Origin: Alphaproteobacteria bacterium
Lineage (GTDB): Bacteria > Pseudomonadota > Alphaproteobacteria > UBA7887
Length of the DNA: 64,000 nt
Reading direction: 5' to 3'
NCBI GenBank assembly: GCA_965216755.1
Contig: CBDCGL010000011.1
Span: 3,072,001 to 3,136,000 of the forward strand
Below, in pieces: positions 49,444-59,373 of this stretch. Position numbers and translations under genes: made by a program. The notes below the pieces were generated by a model that saw nothing but the letters and a program-made list of their open reading frames with translations, ran no database searches and was not told where the DNA came from. How positions within the stretch are numbered: the first letter of the stretch is position 1; every line of letters starts with the position of its first letter.

Positions 49444-50456
49444 TGGCAGGACCAACCGCACCGCGATATGGCCGCGTCGGCATTGTTGGGGCGGGTGCCT
49501 GGGGCACGGCGCTGGCCATGGTGGCGGCGAAGAACGGCTGTCAGGTCACATTGTGGGGCCGCGATCCAGCGCTCGCCGCGGCGATCAACCAACAGCGTCG
49601 CAACCCACGATATCTAAGCGATGCGCGGTTGCCGACCACCATCGACGCCGTGAGCGATCTCGCGGCCGTTGGCGCCTGCGACGCGCTTTTGCTGGTGGTG
49701 CCGGCACAGGCCGTCCGCGCGACCTGCCAGACGCTTCGACCGGCCGTCACCAACGGTGTTTCGATCACGGTTTGCGCAAAGGGCATCGAGCGCGGCAGCG
49801 GCGCCTTGATCAACGAAGTTGTCGCCGATGTCGCACCAAACCATCCCATCGCGGTTCTGTCCGGACCAACCTTTGCGACCGAAGTTGCGCGAGGCCTGCC
49901 AACGGCGGTGACTCTGGCCTGCGCCGATCCCGATATCGGTGCGCGATGGGTGGCGACGCTGGGTTTGCCCACATTTCGTCCTTACTACACCGCCGATGTG
50001 GTCGGCACGGCGTTGGCCGGTGCGGTCAAGAATGTACTGGCCATCGCCTGCGGGATCGCCATCGGTCGCGCACTCGGCGACAATGCGCGGGCGGCGCTGA
50101 TCACGCGCGGGCTGGCGGAAATGGCCCGCTTGAACGAGGCGCTCGGCGGCGATCGCGAAACCATGATGGGATTGGCCGGCCTGGGTGACTTGGTGTTGAC
50201 CAGCTCCAGCCGGCAATCGCGCAATTTCGCCTATGGTCTTGCGGTGGGCGAGCGCGGCAAAGCGGACGACCCGGCCGGCGGGCCATTGGTTGAAGGCAGG
50301 GCAACCGCGGTATCGGTGAACGAACGGGCCCGTCAGGCCCGCGTCGACATGCCGATCTGCAGCGCGGTCAAGGCCATCGTGCACGATGGCGCACCGGTCG
50401 ATGACACCATCGCCGCCCTGTTGGCGCGACCGTTCCGCGCCGAAGCGGCCGATTAA
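49440..50456 (+). CDS. gpsA: NAD(P)H-dependent glycerol-3-phosphate dehydrogenase
   Basis: [34 protein letters not shown] and [15 protein letters not shown]. Confidence 0.96.
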   Translation: MMAGPTAPRYGRVGIVGAGAWGTALAMVAAKNGCQVTLWGRDPALAAAINQQRRNPRYLSDARLPTTIDAVSDLAAVGACDALLLVVPAQAVRATCQTLRPAVTNGVSITVCAKGIERGSGALINEVVADVAPNHPIAVLSGPTFATEVARGLPTAVTLACADPDIGARWVATLGLPTFRPYYTADVVGTALAGAVKNVLAIACGIAIGRALGDNARAALITRGLAEMARLNEALGGDRETMMGLAGLGDLVLTSSSRQSRNFAYGLAVGERGKADDPAGGPLVEGRATAVSVNERARQARVDMPICSAVKAIVHDGAPVDDTIAALLARPFRAEAAD

Positions 50457-50462
50457 CCTCGG

Positions 50463-51305
50463 CTAGTCCCGCAACAGGTCGTTGATCGAGGTCTTGCTGC
50501 GGGTCTGTTCATCGACCTGTTTGACAATCACCGCGCAATAGAGTGACGGCCCGGGCGTGCCGTCGGCCATCGGCTTGCCTGCCAGGCTGCCCGGCACAAC
50601 GACCGAATAGGCCGGCACCCGACCATATTGAATCTGCCCCGTGGCCCGATCGACGATCTTGGTCGAGGCGCCCAAATACACGCCCATCGCCAGCACCGCG
50701 CCGGTTTCGACGATGACACCTTCGGCGACCTCGCTGCGGGCGCCGATAAAGCAGTTGTCCTCAACAATCACGGGGCCCGCCTGTAGCGGTTCCAAGACAC
50801 CGCCGATACCGGCCCCGCCCGATATGTGGCAATTGGCGCCGATCTGGGCGCACGAGCCGACCGTGGCCCAGGTGTCGACCATCGTTCCCGCACCGATATG
50901 GGCGCCCAAATTGACAAAACTGGGCATCAGCACCGCCCCCGGCGCGACAAAAGCCGAGCGACGCACGATCGCCCCCGGGACGGCCCGAAATCCGGCTTCG
51001 GCAAATTCGACCGCATCCCAACCGGCAAATTTGGATGGTACCTTGTCGTACCAATGGGCGCCGCCCGGCGCGCCGGCAATCGGAATCATGTCTTGTAGGC
51101 GGAACGACAGCAGCACCGCCTTTTTCAACCATTGATGCACCGTCCAGTTTCCATCGCGCTTCTCGGCGACACGAAATGTTCCCTGGTCGAGACCATCCAG
51201 GGCGGCATCGACCGCGTCGCGCGCGGCACCCGTTGTTTCGGGGCCGATTTGGTCGCGGTCTTGCCACGCAGCTTCGATCGCGGCTTCGATATCAGCACGG
51301 TCCAT
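50463..51305 (-). CDS. dapD: tetrahydrodipicolinate N-succinyltransferase
   Basis: [33 protein letters not shown] and [10 protein letters not shown]. Confidence 0.97.
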   Translation of the reverse strand: MDRADIEAAIEAAWQDRDQIGPETTGAARDAVDAALDGLDQGTFRVAEKRDGNWTVHQWLKKAVLLSFRLQDMIPIAGAPGGAHWYDKVPSKFAGWDAVEFAEAGFRAVPGAIVRRSAFVAPGAVLMPSFVNLGAHIGAGTMVDTWATVGSCAQIGANCHISGGAGIGGVLEPLQAGPVIVEDNCFIGARSEVAEGVIVETGAVLAMGVYLGASTKIVDRATGQIQYGRVPAYSVVVPGSLAGKPMADGTPGPSLYCAVIVKQVDEQTRSKTSINDLLRD

Positions 51306-51352
51306 GATCCACACTCTATTGCTTGGGCGCCAAGGCGCGCCGATCGGGCCCG

Positions 51353-52048
51353 CTAAACTAGAGCCGCCAGCCAGCCGGTCAAGTCATCGGTGACATAGTC
51401 GACATGATCATGATTCACGTGCGGTTCCGAAACAGGCGCATGATCCCGGGCCGGCCGCACCCAAACCGTGGTCATCCCAAGCGCGGCGGCGGCGACCAGG
51501 TTGGCGGCGATGTCCTCAAACATCATCGCTCGCGGCCCCTCGATGGCGTGGCGGTCGACAAATCGGCGATAGGTGCGGTGGTCGGGCTTGGGCAGATAGT
51601 CGGCCGCGACGATATCGAAAACAGCGTCGAAATGATGGCCAACGCCGAGGCGATCCATGACCCGTTCGGCATGGTCGGTGGAGCCATTGGTAAAAACATA
51701 CTTCCGGCCCTGAAGTCGGCCGAGGATGTGGTCAAGGTCGGGCGACGGCGCCACCGGGGCCAGGTCGATATCATGGACGAAGTCCAGATAATCGTCCGGA
51801 TTGACGCCGTGATGCAGCATCAAGCCCCGCAAGGTCGTGCCGTGAGCGCGATAATAGTGCTTTTGCAGGCGAAAAGCGTCATCGGCGGCAAGCCCCAATC
51901 GACCACGGATAAATGCGCGCATGCGCTGGTCAATCTGGGCGAACAGGTCGCATTCAGCCGGGTAGAGAGTGTTGTCGAGGTCGAAGACCCAACTCTCGAC
52001 CGCCGCCGCAGATGGGGTCACAGCCTTGTTGCTCGACGGTTTGGTCAT
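51353..52048 (-). CDS. pyrimidine 5'-nucleotidase (HAD superfamily)
   Basis: [26 protein letters not shown] and MFED..NL. Confidence 0.92.
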   Translation of the reverse strand: MTKPSSNKAVTPSAAAVESWVFDLDNTLYPAECDLFAQIDQRMRAFIRGRLGLAADDAFRLQKHYYRAHGTTLRGLMLHHGVNPDDYLDFVHDIDLAPVAPSPDLDHILGRLQGRKYVFTNGSTDHAERVMDRLGVGHHFDAVFDIVAADYLPKPDHRTYRRFVDRHAIEGPRAMMFEDIAANLVAAAALGMTTVWVRPARDHAPVSEPHVNHDHVDYVTDDLTGWLAALV

Positions 52049-52170
52049 AGATCCATTCTAGCGTTTTGGTTTCGAAGTGCGAAGTCGCTGTGGCCCAGAG
52101 CAACCGTCCGGGCACCCTGGCGAACGCCCATGTTTAGGTAATCTTCATCGATTTTACCGACTGTTAAGGC

Positions 52171-53919
52171 GTGATGACGAACCCCCGAATGGCAGGCCTG
52201 CTGAACGGCGCGAGCGCGCGCACCAGTTATCGGGTCGATCCAACCGTTGTACTGAAATCGTTTCCCGGTCCGGTCCTGATCCTGGAGCCGGACGGAGATG
52301 TCGTCGCCGCGAACGATCATGCCGCCGACTTGCTGGCGGCCCTGCGCAACGGCGCCTTGGACGGGCTGCTCTTGGCGTGCCGCGAGATCGCCGAGGCTGA
52401 CAAGCCGCTGATCGACACCATTGAATTGCCGGCCGCGCTGGGCGGCGGCGCCTTCGACGTAACCGTCCTGCCGTTGGTCAATGGCGACGGCGTGGTTGGC
52501 GGTTTGTTGTTGCTGGCCCGAAACGTCACGCTCGACCGTAATCTGCGTCGCGCCCTGGTCGAATCGCGACAGCGCTATAAGGATATTGTCGAGTGTTCGG
52601 GCGACTTCGCCTGGGAACTCGATGCCGAGGGCCGCTTTGCCTTCGTGTCGCCGCGCGGCGCATTGGGCCATCAGCCCGAAGAACTGATCGGCCGTCATCC
52701 GCATGAATTTGATAGCGAGCCGGCCTCGGATTCGACCGAAACACCGTTTGTGGCGCACCAGGCCGTGGAACGCGAGACGATGTGGTTCCGCGCTGCCAAC
52801 GGCCACGTGGCATGTTTGGAAGTCTCGTCGGTGCCTCTGATCGACCGGCACGGACACTGGGCGGGGGCACGTGGCATCTGCCGCAATGTGACCCGCGAGC
52901 GCACCCAGCAAGAGGCACTACGCCGGGCGCGCGAACGCGACCGGGCCATGGCCAAGATTATCCGCGACGTACGCAAGGAAATCGATCTGGCTACCGTTTT
53001 ACGCGAAGCAACCCGCGCCACCGGCCTGGCGCTTGATGGCGATGCTTGTTGGGTCTTCCTGGCCGATCGCGCCCCGGATCATCCGGCGGCACGCTGGCCC
53101 GCCGATGCGCCGGCACCGCCGGCGGCCGCGTGCGCCATGATCGAGAAGCTTGTGTCGGCGAGTCCCAATGATTCGGCGGTCACGGTGGAAACACTCTTAC
53201 TTGCCGCCAGTTTCGACGCGCAGCGCACGACCGCGGTGATTGCCATTGACCGGGACAACGGTGATGATGGCCATCGCCGATGGAATAGCGACGAACGGCT
53301 CTTGTTGACCGGCGTCGCCAATCAATTGGGCGTGGCCATCGAACAGGCGACGATCCACGAACAGCTACAAACCCTGTCGCGCACGGACGGCCTAACCGGC
53401 GTGCTGAACCGACGCGCCTTTCTGGACGAGACCGGACGCCGATTGCAACATGCCCGCCGCCACAAGCGGCCGGCGACGTTGTTGTTTATTGACTTGAACA
53501 ACTTTAAGGCGATCAACGACATTCTCGGCCATAAGCGTGGCGATGAGGCAATCGTCGCGGTCGCCGAACTGATCCAAAAGACCAGTCGGGCGAGCGATAT
53601 CCTGGCGCGGGTTGGTGGTGACGAGTTCGCCTTGTGGCTGGAGGAAACCGGCGCCGACGGGGCCCAAGTCAAGGTGCGCGCCTTGGTCAACGCCAGCGCC
53701 GAACTGACGCGGTTGTCGGCGTCGGACGATAAGCCGTTCGGGATGTCGATCGGCATCGCCGTGCTCGATCCCGAACATGACGAGACATTGGAATCCCTGA
53801 TGGATCGCGCCGACATGGCCATGTACGCGGCGAAACGTGATCGCACGCAGACGCGCTTCGCCGAGCTGCAAGTCGGCGAAACCCGCCCGCAAATAGAAAC
53901 TGATCGGGTGGACTCATGA
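52171..53919 (+). CDS. PAS-PAS-GAF diguanylate cyclase
   Basis: PAS (DFAWELDAEGRFAFVS), GAF, DGLTGVLNRR, DLNNFKAIND..GH..GD and RASD-x5-GGDEF. Confidence 0.92.
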   Translation: MMTNPRMAGLLNGASARTSYRVDPTVVLKSFPGPVLILEPDGDVVAANDHAADLLAALRNGALDGLLLACREIAEADKPLIDTIELPAALGGGAFDVTVLPLVNGDGVVGGLLLLARNVTLDRNLRRALVESRQRYKDIVECSGDFAWELDAEGRFAFVSPRGALGHQPEELIGRHPHEFDSEPASDSTETPFVAHQAVERETMWFRAANGHVACLEVSSVPLIDRHGHWAGARGICRNVTRERTQQEALRRARERDRAMAKIIRDVRKEIDLATVLREATRATGLALDGDACWVFLADRAPDHPAARWPADAPAPPAAACAMIEKLVSASPNDSAVTVETLLLAASFDAQRTTAVIAIDRDNGDDGHRRWNSDERLLLTGVANQLGVAIEQATIHEQLQTLSRTDGLTGVLNRRAFLDETGRRLQHARRHKRPATLLFIDLNNFKAINDILGHKRGDEAIVAVAELIQKTSRASDILARVGGDEFALWLEETGADGAQVKVRALVNASAELTRLSASDDKPFGMSIGIAVLDPEHDETLESLMDRADMAMYAAKRDRTQTRFAELQVGETRPQIETDRVDS

Positions 53920-55157
53920 AGCGTTTCGCGTCGCGCGTGCGCGCTTTTTTTGAGCGCGAGGTGGACTATGACAAATCGAAAAAAGTGGCCCGCCATGGCG
54001 ATACCTCGCAACGCCGCGACATTGCCGCGCGCCAGGACGTAGCGCCAGAGATTCTCTACTACCTGGCTGAGGATCCCGACCCAGAGGTCCGGCGCCTGAT
54101 CGCAGCCAATTCAGCGACGCCGCCCCATGCCGATGTGTTGCTGACACGCGATATCAACGATGATGTGCGCGTCGACTTGGCCCGCAAAATCGGCCGCCTG
54201 GCCCCGGATCTGCCCCTTGAGGCGCGCGACGCCCTGCAGTCGCTGACGTATGACGCGTTGGAGGCGCTGGCCAGCGATACGCTTCCCCGTGTGCGGCAAA
54301 TCATTGCCGAGGAAATTAAAAAGCTCGACAATTTGCCGCGCAGTTTGACGGTTATGCTGGCCCGCGATGTCGAACTGATGGTCGCCGCGCCAATCTTGGA
54401 ATACTCGCCATTGCTGCGCGACGAAGACCTGCTTGAAATCATCAACAGTGAGCCGATCCAAGGTGCGCTCAAGGCGATATCCGGGCGTCACGGGTTGAGC
54501 GAAACGGTGAGTGCGGCGATCGGCAACAGTGACGATGAAATGGCGATCGCGGCGTTGCTGGCCAACCAAAGCGCACAGATCAGCGAAGAGACCCTGGACT
54601 GCTTGATCGATCGTGCGCACGATCACGAATCGTGGCACGAACCGCTGGTGTTGCGACCGCATCTGTCTGAGCGCGCCTTCAAACACATTTCGCGATTCGT
54701 CACCGCATCGTTGCTTGCGGTTTTGGAAGAACGTCATGGCTTGGCTGCCGGCCTGTCGCAGGAGATGGCGCGCCGCGTCGATGAACGGCTTGAAACGCCT
54801 GGTGCCAACGACAGCCCGCAAGAGCAAGCCGCGGCCCTCGACGCCGCGGGCCAGCTCACCGAACAGCTTATTCTGGAACGACTGGCCTTGCCGGGCGAGA
54901 AAGAGTTCGTGATTCATGCGTTGGCGCGCCGCGCCGCGTTAGACCCGCAGATGGTGCAAAGAGTGATGGATACCGCGAGCGCCAAATCGGTCACGGCGCT
55001 GACCTGGAAGGCGGGCCTAAGTATGCGCGCAGCCATGGATTTCCAGCGTAAGCTGGCGCACATCGATTCGAAATCCTTGCTGTATGCCCGCGACGGGGTC
55101 GATTACCCGATGGACGAAGAAGAACTGAACTGGCGGTTGGATATGATCGCCGGTTGA
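53916..55157 (+). CDS. DUF2336 family protein
   Basis: PEILYYLA.D...VRR.IA.N, LARDVE..VAAPILEYSPLL.DEDL and LTWKAGLSMR. ATGA overlap with the cyclase. Confidence 0.85.
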   Translation: MKRFASRVRAFFEREVDYDKSKKVARHGDTSQRRDIAARQDVAPEILYYLAEDPDPEVRRLIAANSATPPHADVLLTRDINDDVRVDLARKIGRLAPDLPLEARDALQSLTYDALEALASDTLPRVRQIIAEEIKKLDNLPRSLTVMLARDVELMVAAPILEYSPLLRDEDLLEIINSEPIQGALKAISGRHGLSETVSAAIGNSDDEMAIAALLANQSAQISEETLDCLIDRAHDHESWHEPLVLRPHLSERAFKHISRFVTASLLAVLEERHGLAAGLSQEMARRVDERLETPGANDSPQEQAAALDAAGQLTEQLILERLALPGEKEFVIHALARRAALDPQMVQRVMDTASAKSVTALTWKAGLSMRAAMDFQRKLAHIDSKSLLYARDGVDYPMDEEELNWRLDMIAG

Positions 55158-55175
55158 GACACCCGCTATTTGTTT

Positions 55176-55259
55176 CGGTGACAGTTTACTAAATACACCA
55201 AATATTGTGTAATCTTCGAATAGCGCACAACATTTGGTGTATTTAGTAAACTGTCACCG
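55176..55259. repeat. 84-bp palindromic element, copy 4
   Basis: Same arms as the other copies. The most self-complementary copy. Confidence 0.95.
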
Positions 55260-55268
55260 AAGCCAGAG

Positions 55269-56177
55269 CTAGCCGTCGACGATCATGGTCCCAACACCAT
55301 GTTCGGTGAAGATTTCCAACAGCAGCACATGCGGCACACGGCCGTCTAGAATATGCGCCGCATCGGTATGGGCGGCGACCGCCCGCAAGCAGGTTTCAAC
55401 TTTCGGCACCATACCGCCGGTGATCGTGCCCTGACGAATACCGGTTACGGCTTCCGCCCGGCTCAACTCATTGATCAGCGCCCCGTCGGTGTCGAGCACC
55501 CCGGCAACGTCCGTCAACATCAAGAGCTTGGCCGCATGCAGTGCACCGGCCACCGCGCCAGCGGCGGTGTCCGCGTTCACGTTATAGGTCTCGCCGTCGG
55601 CGCCAATCGCGATCGGCGCGACCACCGGGATCATGCCGCCATCGATCAGTCGGGTCAGGATGGTGGTGTTGACCTGCACGGGTTCGCCGACAAATCCCAA
55701 ATCGACGACCTTTGCCGGGTTATTTGACGATCGGCGCGATTGATGGGCCAGGCGCTTGGCGACGATCAAATCGCCGTCCTTGCCACAAATGCCAATGGCG
55801 CAGCCACCGGCATGACTGATAGCTCCGGCGATTCGTTTGTTGATCGACCCGGCCAGTACCATTTCGACGACTTCGACCGTCGCCGCGTCGGTCACCCTGA
55901 GACCGTCGACAAACTCGCTTTCGATATTCAACCGCGCCAGCATTTCGCCGATCTGTGGGCCACCGCCATGAACGACAATCGGGTGAATACCGACCTGGCG
56001 CAGCAACACGATATCGCGCGCGAATTGGTGAAACAGGGTGTCGTCGACCATGGCATTGCCGCCAAATTTGACGACGAAAGTCTTGCCCGAAAAGCGCCGC
56101 ATATAGGGCAGCGCCTCTGACAATGTCGCGGCCGTGCGAAGTTGCTCGGCGATCGCTATTTCCGCGCTTTTTTGCAT
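55269..56177 (-). CDS. argB: acetylglutamate kinase
   Basis: VVKFGGNAM, VHGGGPQI, GLRVTD, NVNAD and GGMVPK. Confidence 0.97.
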   Translation of the reverse strand: MQKSAEIAIAEQLRTAATLSEALPYMRRFSGKTFVVKFGGNAMVDDTLFHQFARDIVLLRQVGIHPIVVHGGGPQIGEMLARLNIESEFVDGLRVTDAATVEVVEMVLAGSINKRIAGAISHAGGCAIGICGKDGDLIVAKRLAHQSRRSSNNPAKVVDLGFVGEPVQVNTTILTRLIDGGMIPVVAPIAIGADGETYNVNADTAAGAVAGALHAAKLLMLTDVAGVLDTDGALINELSRAEAVTGIRQGTITGGMVPKVETCLRAVAAHTDAAHILDGRVPHVLLLEIFTEHGVGTMIVDG

Positions 56178-56226
56178 GCTGTGACCCTTATACCAAAACC
56201 TGACGCAAACGGCCCATGGCGATCAA

Positions 56227-56877
56227 TCATGCCGATCGTGTCAATTCGGCAAGCGCCGCGCGGAGTTCGGCGATGCCGAGCCCATCCGTGGCGCTGGTCA
56301 CAAACACGTCGGGATACGCGGTTGGGTGGACCCGACTCTCTTCCGCGATCTGCACGCGCACGTCCTCGCGCGCTGTCGGCCGCAGCTTGTCGATCTTGGT
56401 CAAGATGATCTGGCACGACACCGCGGCACCGTCGAGCATATCCAAAAGGTCATGGTCACTTTGTTTGAGACCATGGCGTGAATCGACCAGCAGACACACG
56501 CGCCGCAAATTGGCCCGGCCACGCAAATAGTCGCGGGTCAGACGCTGCCAGGCTGCACTTTCGCTGCGTGACACCCGCGCATAGCCATAGCCGGGCAAAT
56601 CAACGATCATCAGCCGCCCGCCCAAGTCAAAGAAATTCAGCTGACGCGTGCGCCCGGGCGTGTTGGAAATACGCGCCAGCGTGCGCCGACCTGTCAATGC
56701 ATTGATCAGGCTCGACTTACCGACATTGGATCGGCCGGCGAACGCGACCTCCGGTAGCCCATCGTCAGGGATTTGGGCCAATTGCGCGGCGCCGATGACG
56801 AAGCGACACTCTTGCGCGAATAGCTTGCGCCCGGCTTCAAGGTCTGGCTGCGCCGACGTGGGGCCGCCCGCGGACAA
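56227..56877 (-). CDS. engB: ribosome biogenesis GTPase YihA/EngB
   Basis: GRSNVGKSSLIN, SNTPGRT, DLPGYGYA and TKID. Confidence 0.96.
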   Translation of the reverse strand: MSAGGPTSAQPDLEAGRKLFAQECRFVIGAAQLAQIPDDGLPEVAFAGRSNVGKSSLINALTGRRTLARISNTPGRTRQLNFFDLGGRLMIVDLPGYGYARVSRSESAAWQRLTRDYLRGRANLRRVCLLVDSRHGLKQSDHDLLDMLDGAAVSCQIILTKIDKLRPTAREDVRVQIAEESRVHPTAYPDVFVTSATDGLGIAELRAALAELTRSA

Positions 56878-56880
56878 TCT

Positions 56881-58650
56881 CTAGGCCTTGACGCCCATGC
56901 GGCGCATGATCACCCATTGCTGCAGGATCGACAGCACATTGTTCCAGCACCAATAAATCACCAGGCCAGCGGGGAAGCTGGCGAACAAAAAAGTGAAAAC
57001 AATGGGCAGGGCCATCATGATGCGCGCTTGCATGGGATCGGGCGGCGCCGGATTCAGCTTTTGTTGCAGCCACATGGTTAGGCCCATCAGCAGCGGCCAA
57101 ACGCCGATCATCAGGAAAACAGGTGGCGTAAACGGCAACAGTCCGAACAAGTTGAACAGACTCGTCGGGTCCGGCGCCGACAGATCTTGGATCCAACCAT
57201 AGAACGGCGCGTGGCGCATTTCGATGGTGACAAACAGGACTTTGTAAAGCGCGAAAAACACCGGGATCTGGATCAAAATCGGCAGACACCCAGACAACGG
57301 GTTGGCCTTTTCGCGCTTATACATCTCCATCATTTCTTGGTTCATGCGCTGGCGGTCGTCGCCAAATTTCTCGCGCAATTCCATCATCTGCGGCTGCAGC
57401 TTTTTGAGCTTGCTCATGGCCACGTAGGATTTGTTGGCCAATGGAAAAAACAGCAGCTTGATCAGTACCGTCAGCCCCAAGATCGCCAACCCAAAATTGC
57501 CCAACATCTCGTGCAAATAATGGATCACATAAAACAGGAACTTGGTTAGAAAGTAGAACCAGCCGAAATCAACCGCGAGGTCGAACTTCGCGATGCCCAG
57601 CGATTCCTCATAACGGTCGAGCAGCGAAACCTCTTTCGCACCGGCAAAGAAATAGTGGGTGACGCTTGCTTGGTCGCCCGGCGCGATGTCACGGCCACTC
57701 AACAACATATCGACCTGAAAACGGTCGCGACCGTCGGCCGTTATGGCGTGATTGAACCGCGCGGTCATGGCATCTTTTTGATCCGGTATCAACGCCGCCA
57801 ACCAGTATTTGTCGGTAATGCCAATCCAGCCGCCGGTGCTTTCCGCCGTAATCGTCGGCTGTTCGCGCAAGTCGTCATAGTCGACTTCTTCAAGTATCTC
57901 GTTGAAAACCCCCAGCGGCCCCTCATGCAAAATGAAAAAGCCGGATGTCTCCGGTTCATCGGCACGACTGACCAAGCCAAACGGATAAAGCGTCAGTGCC
58001 ACATCGCTATCGTTGCTGACCCGGTCGGTGATCGTGAACATGAAGGTGTCGTCGATTTCGATGCTTCGCTGGAAAGTCAGACCCGCCCCATTGTCCCATG
58101 TCAGGCGCAGCGGGTGGCCAGGCGACAGGGTGCCGCCATCGGCCTTCCAGACGGTGTCGGTATCGGGCAGCGCGACCGACACGCCGGGATCGGTCAGCCA
58201 GCCAAAATTAGCGTGATAGGGATGCGGTGCCTGGTTCGGCGACAGCAGCACGATGTTGGCACTGCCGGGATCGACATCTTCATGATAGTCGGCCAGAACC
58301 ACGTCATCGAACGGCGCGCCACGCAGCGCGATCGAACCCCGCACCCGTCCGGTGCCGCCGTCCGGCGCAATCGGCACGCGCGGCGTCAAAGCCAATGCAT
58401 CATCGCGTGTTGCCGGAATCGGCGCCGCCTGGCCGGCCTGCGGCACAACGGTCTCAGCCGACGAGGCTGGCGCATCGCTTGGCGGCCGCGTGCGCGGCGT
58501 CAATTCGCCGCTTTCAGACAGCTGTGTCGTTGCTTGTTCGTCGGGCGGCGCCTGCCGTTCCTCCATCGGGACGCCAAACCAAAACTGAAATGCCAGCAAG
58601 ATGCCGACCGACACGACAATCGCCAAAATCAGATTACGTTGGTCTTGCAT
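56881..58650 (-). CDS. yidC: membrane protein insertase
   Basis: DQRNLILAI, GWIGITDKYW, VDFGWFYFLTK, GCLPILIQIPVFFALY and WIQDLSAPD. Confidence 0.97.
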   Translation of the reverse strand: MQDQRNLILAIVVSVGILLAFQFWFGVPMEERQAPPDEQATTQLSESGELTPRTRPPSDAPASSAETVVPQAGQAAPIPATRDDALALTPRVPIAPDGGTGRVRGSIALRGAPFDDVVLADYHEDVDPGSANIVLLSPNQAPHPYHANFGWLTDPGVSVALPDTDTVWKADGGTLSPGHPLRLTWDNGAGLTFQRSIEIDDTFMFTITDRVSNDSDVALTLYPFGLVSRADEPETSGFFILHEGPLGVFNEILEEVDYDDLREQPTITAESTGGWIGITDKYWLAALIPDQKDAMTARFNHAITADGRDRFQVDMLLSGRDIAPGDQASVTHYFFAGAKEVSLLDRYEESLGIAKFDLAVDFGWFYFLTKFLFYVIHYLHEMLGNFGLAILGLTVLIKLLFFPLANKSYVAMSKLKKLQPQMMELREKFGDDRQRMNQEMMEMYKREKANPLSGCLPILIQIPVFFALYKVLFVTIEMRHAPFYGWIQDLSAPDPTSLFNLFGLLPFTPPVFLMIGVWPLLMGLTMWLQQKLNPAPPDPMQARIMMALPIVFTFLFASFPAGLVIYWCWNNVLSILQQWVIMRRMGVKA

Positions 58651-58661
58651 GGATCACGCGA

Positions 58662-58928
58662 TTAAATGGAGGTTTGCCCAGACTTGCAGTGCGATCGGTC
58701 GACAGGCGGATCGGGCACCGGATCATAGCCACAGCCGCCCCACGGATGACAGCGCGAGATACGGCGCGCGATCAAGGTGCAACCGCGCGCGGCACCGTGC
58801 CGCCGCAACGCGTCGAGTGCATATTCCGAACAACTTGGATGAAACCGGCACGATGGCGGCAACCACGGCCGCACAGCCAACCGATAGATCCAAACCAGCA
58901 ATCGGAGCAAACGCGCGGTTAACGACAT
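58662..58928 (-). CDS. yidD: membrane protein insertion efficiency factor
   Basis: CRFHPSCSEYA and RISRCHPWGGCGYDPVP. Confidence 0.95.
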   Translation of the reverse strand: MSLTARLLRLLVWIYRLAVRPWLPPSCRFHPSCSEYALDALRRHGAARGCTLIARRISRCHPWGGCGYDPVPDPPVDRSHCKSGQTSI

Positions 58929-58934
58929 CGATCG

Positions 58935-59369
58935 TTACGATTTTTTTGTTTCAGTGCGTTTGCGGTCACCCGCTTTGGCACGGCGCTCCGGATCGTTTGG
59001 ATCGCCGGGCCGGGCCATTGCGGCCAACCCGCCGACCTTCGCCAAAGCGGCAAGAAAATCGGCCGCGAGAGCAGCGCGGGGTCGGCTGACGGTTGCGGCG
59101 CGGGCGATCATGACATAATCCAAATCCACCCGTGCATAGCGCGGCAAGATCTCGTCTGCAAGGGCGCGCAACCGACGCCGCGCCCGGTTTCTGACCACCG
59201 CCGGTCCAATCTTTCGGGTTGCGGTAAAACCGACTCGCGCCGCGTCGCGCACTCTGTCGACAGCCGGAGCCGCCTGCAGGACCATGCCCGGCGTCGCCCA
59301 TTTGCGTCCGCGCCTGGCGACATAAAGGAAATCGGCGCGCCGCTTCAATCGCGGCACCGCATGGCCCAC
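58935..59369 (-). CDS. rnpA: ribonuclease P protein component
   Basis: RLKRRADF, RVGFTATRKIGPAVVRNRARRRLR and DYVMIAR. GTG start inferred just after rpmH. Confidence 0.93.
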   Translation of the reverse strand: MGHAVPRLKRRADFLYVARRGRKWATPGMVLQAAPAVDRVRDAARVGFTATRKIGPAVVRNRARRRLRALADEILPRYARVDLDYVMIARAATVSRPRAALAADFLAALAKVGGLAAMARPGDPNDPERRAKAGDRKRTETKKS

Positions 59370-59373
59370 AAGC

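Noticed and set aside
28517-55259. 84-bp elements as CRISPR repeat-spacer units
   Set aside because: Arms are inverted rather than direct, copies are dispersed singly, interiors share a motif, and no cas genes are present.
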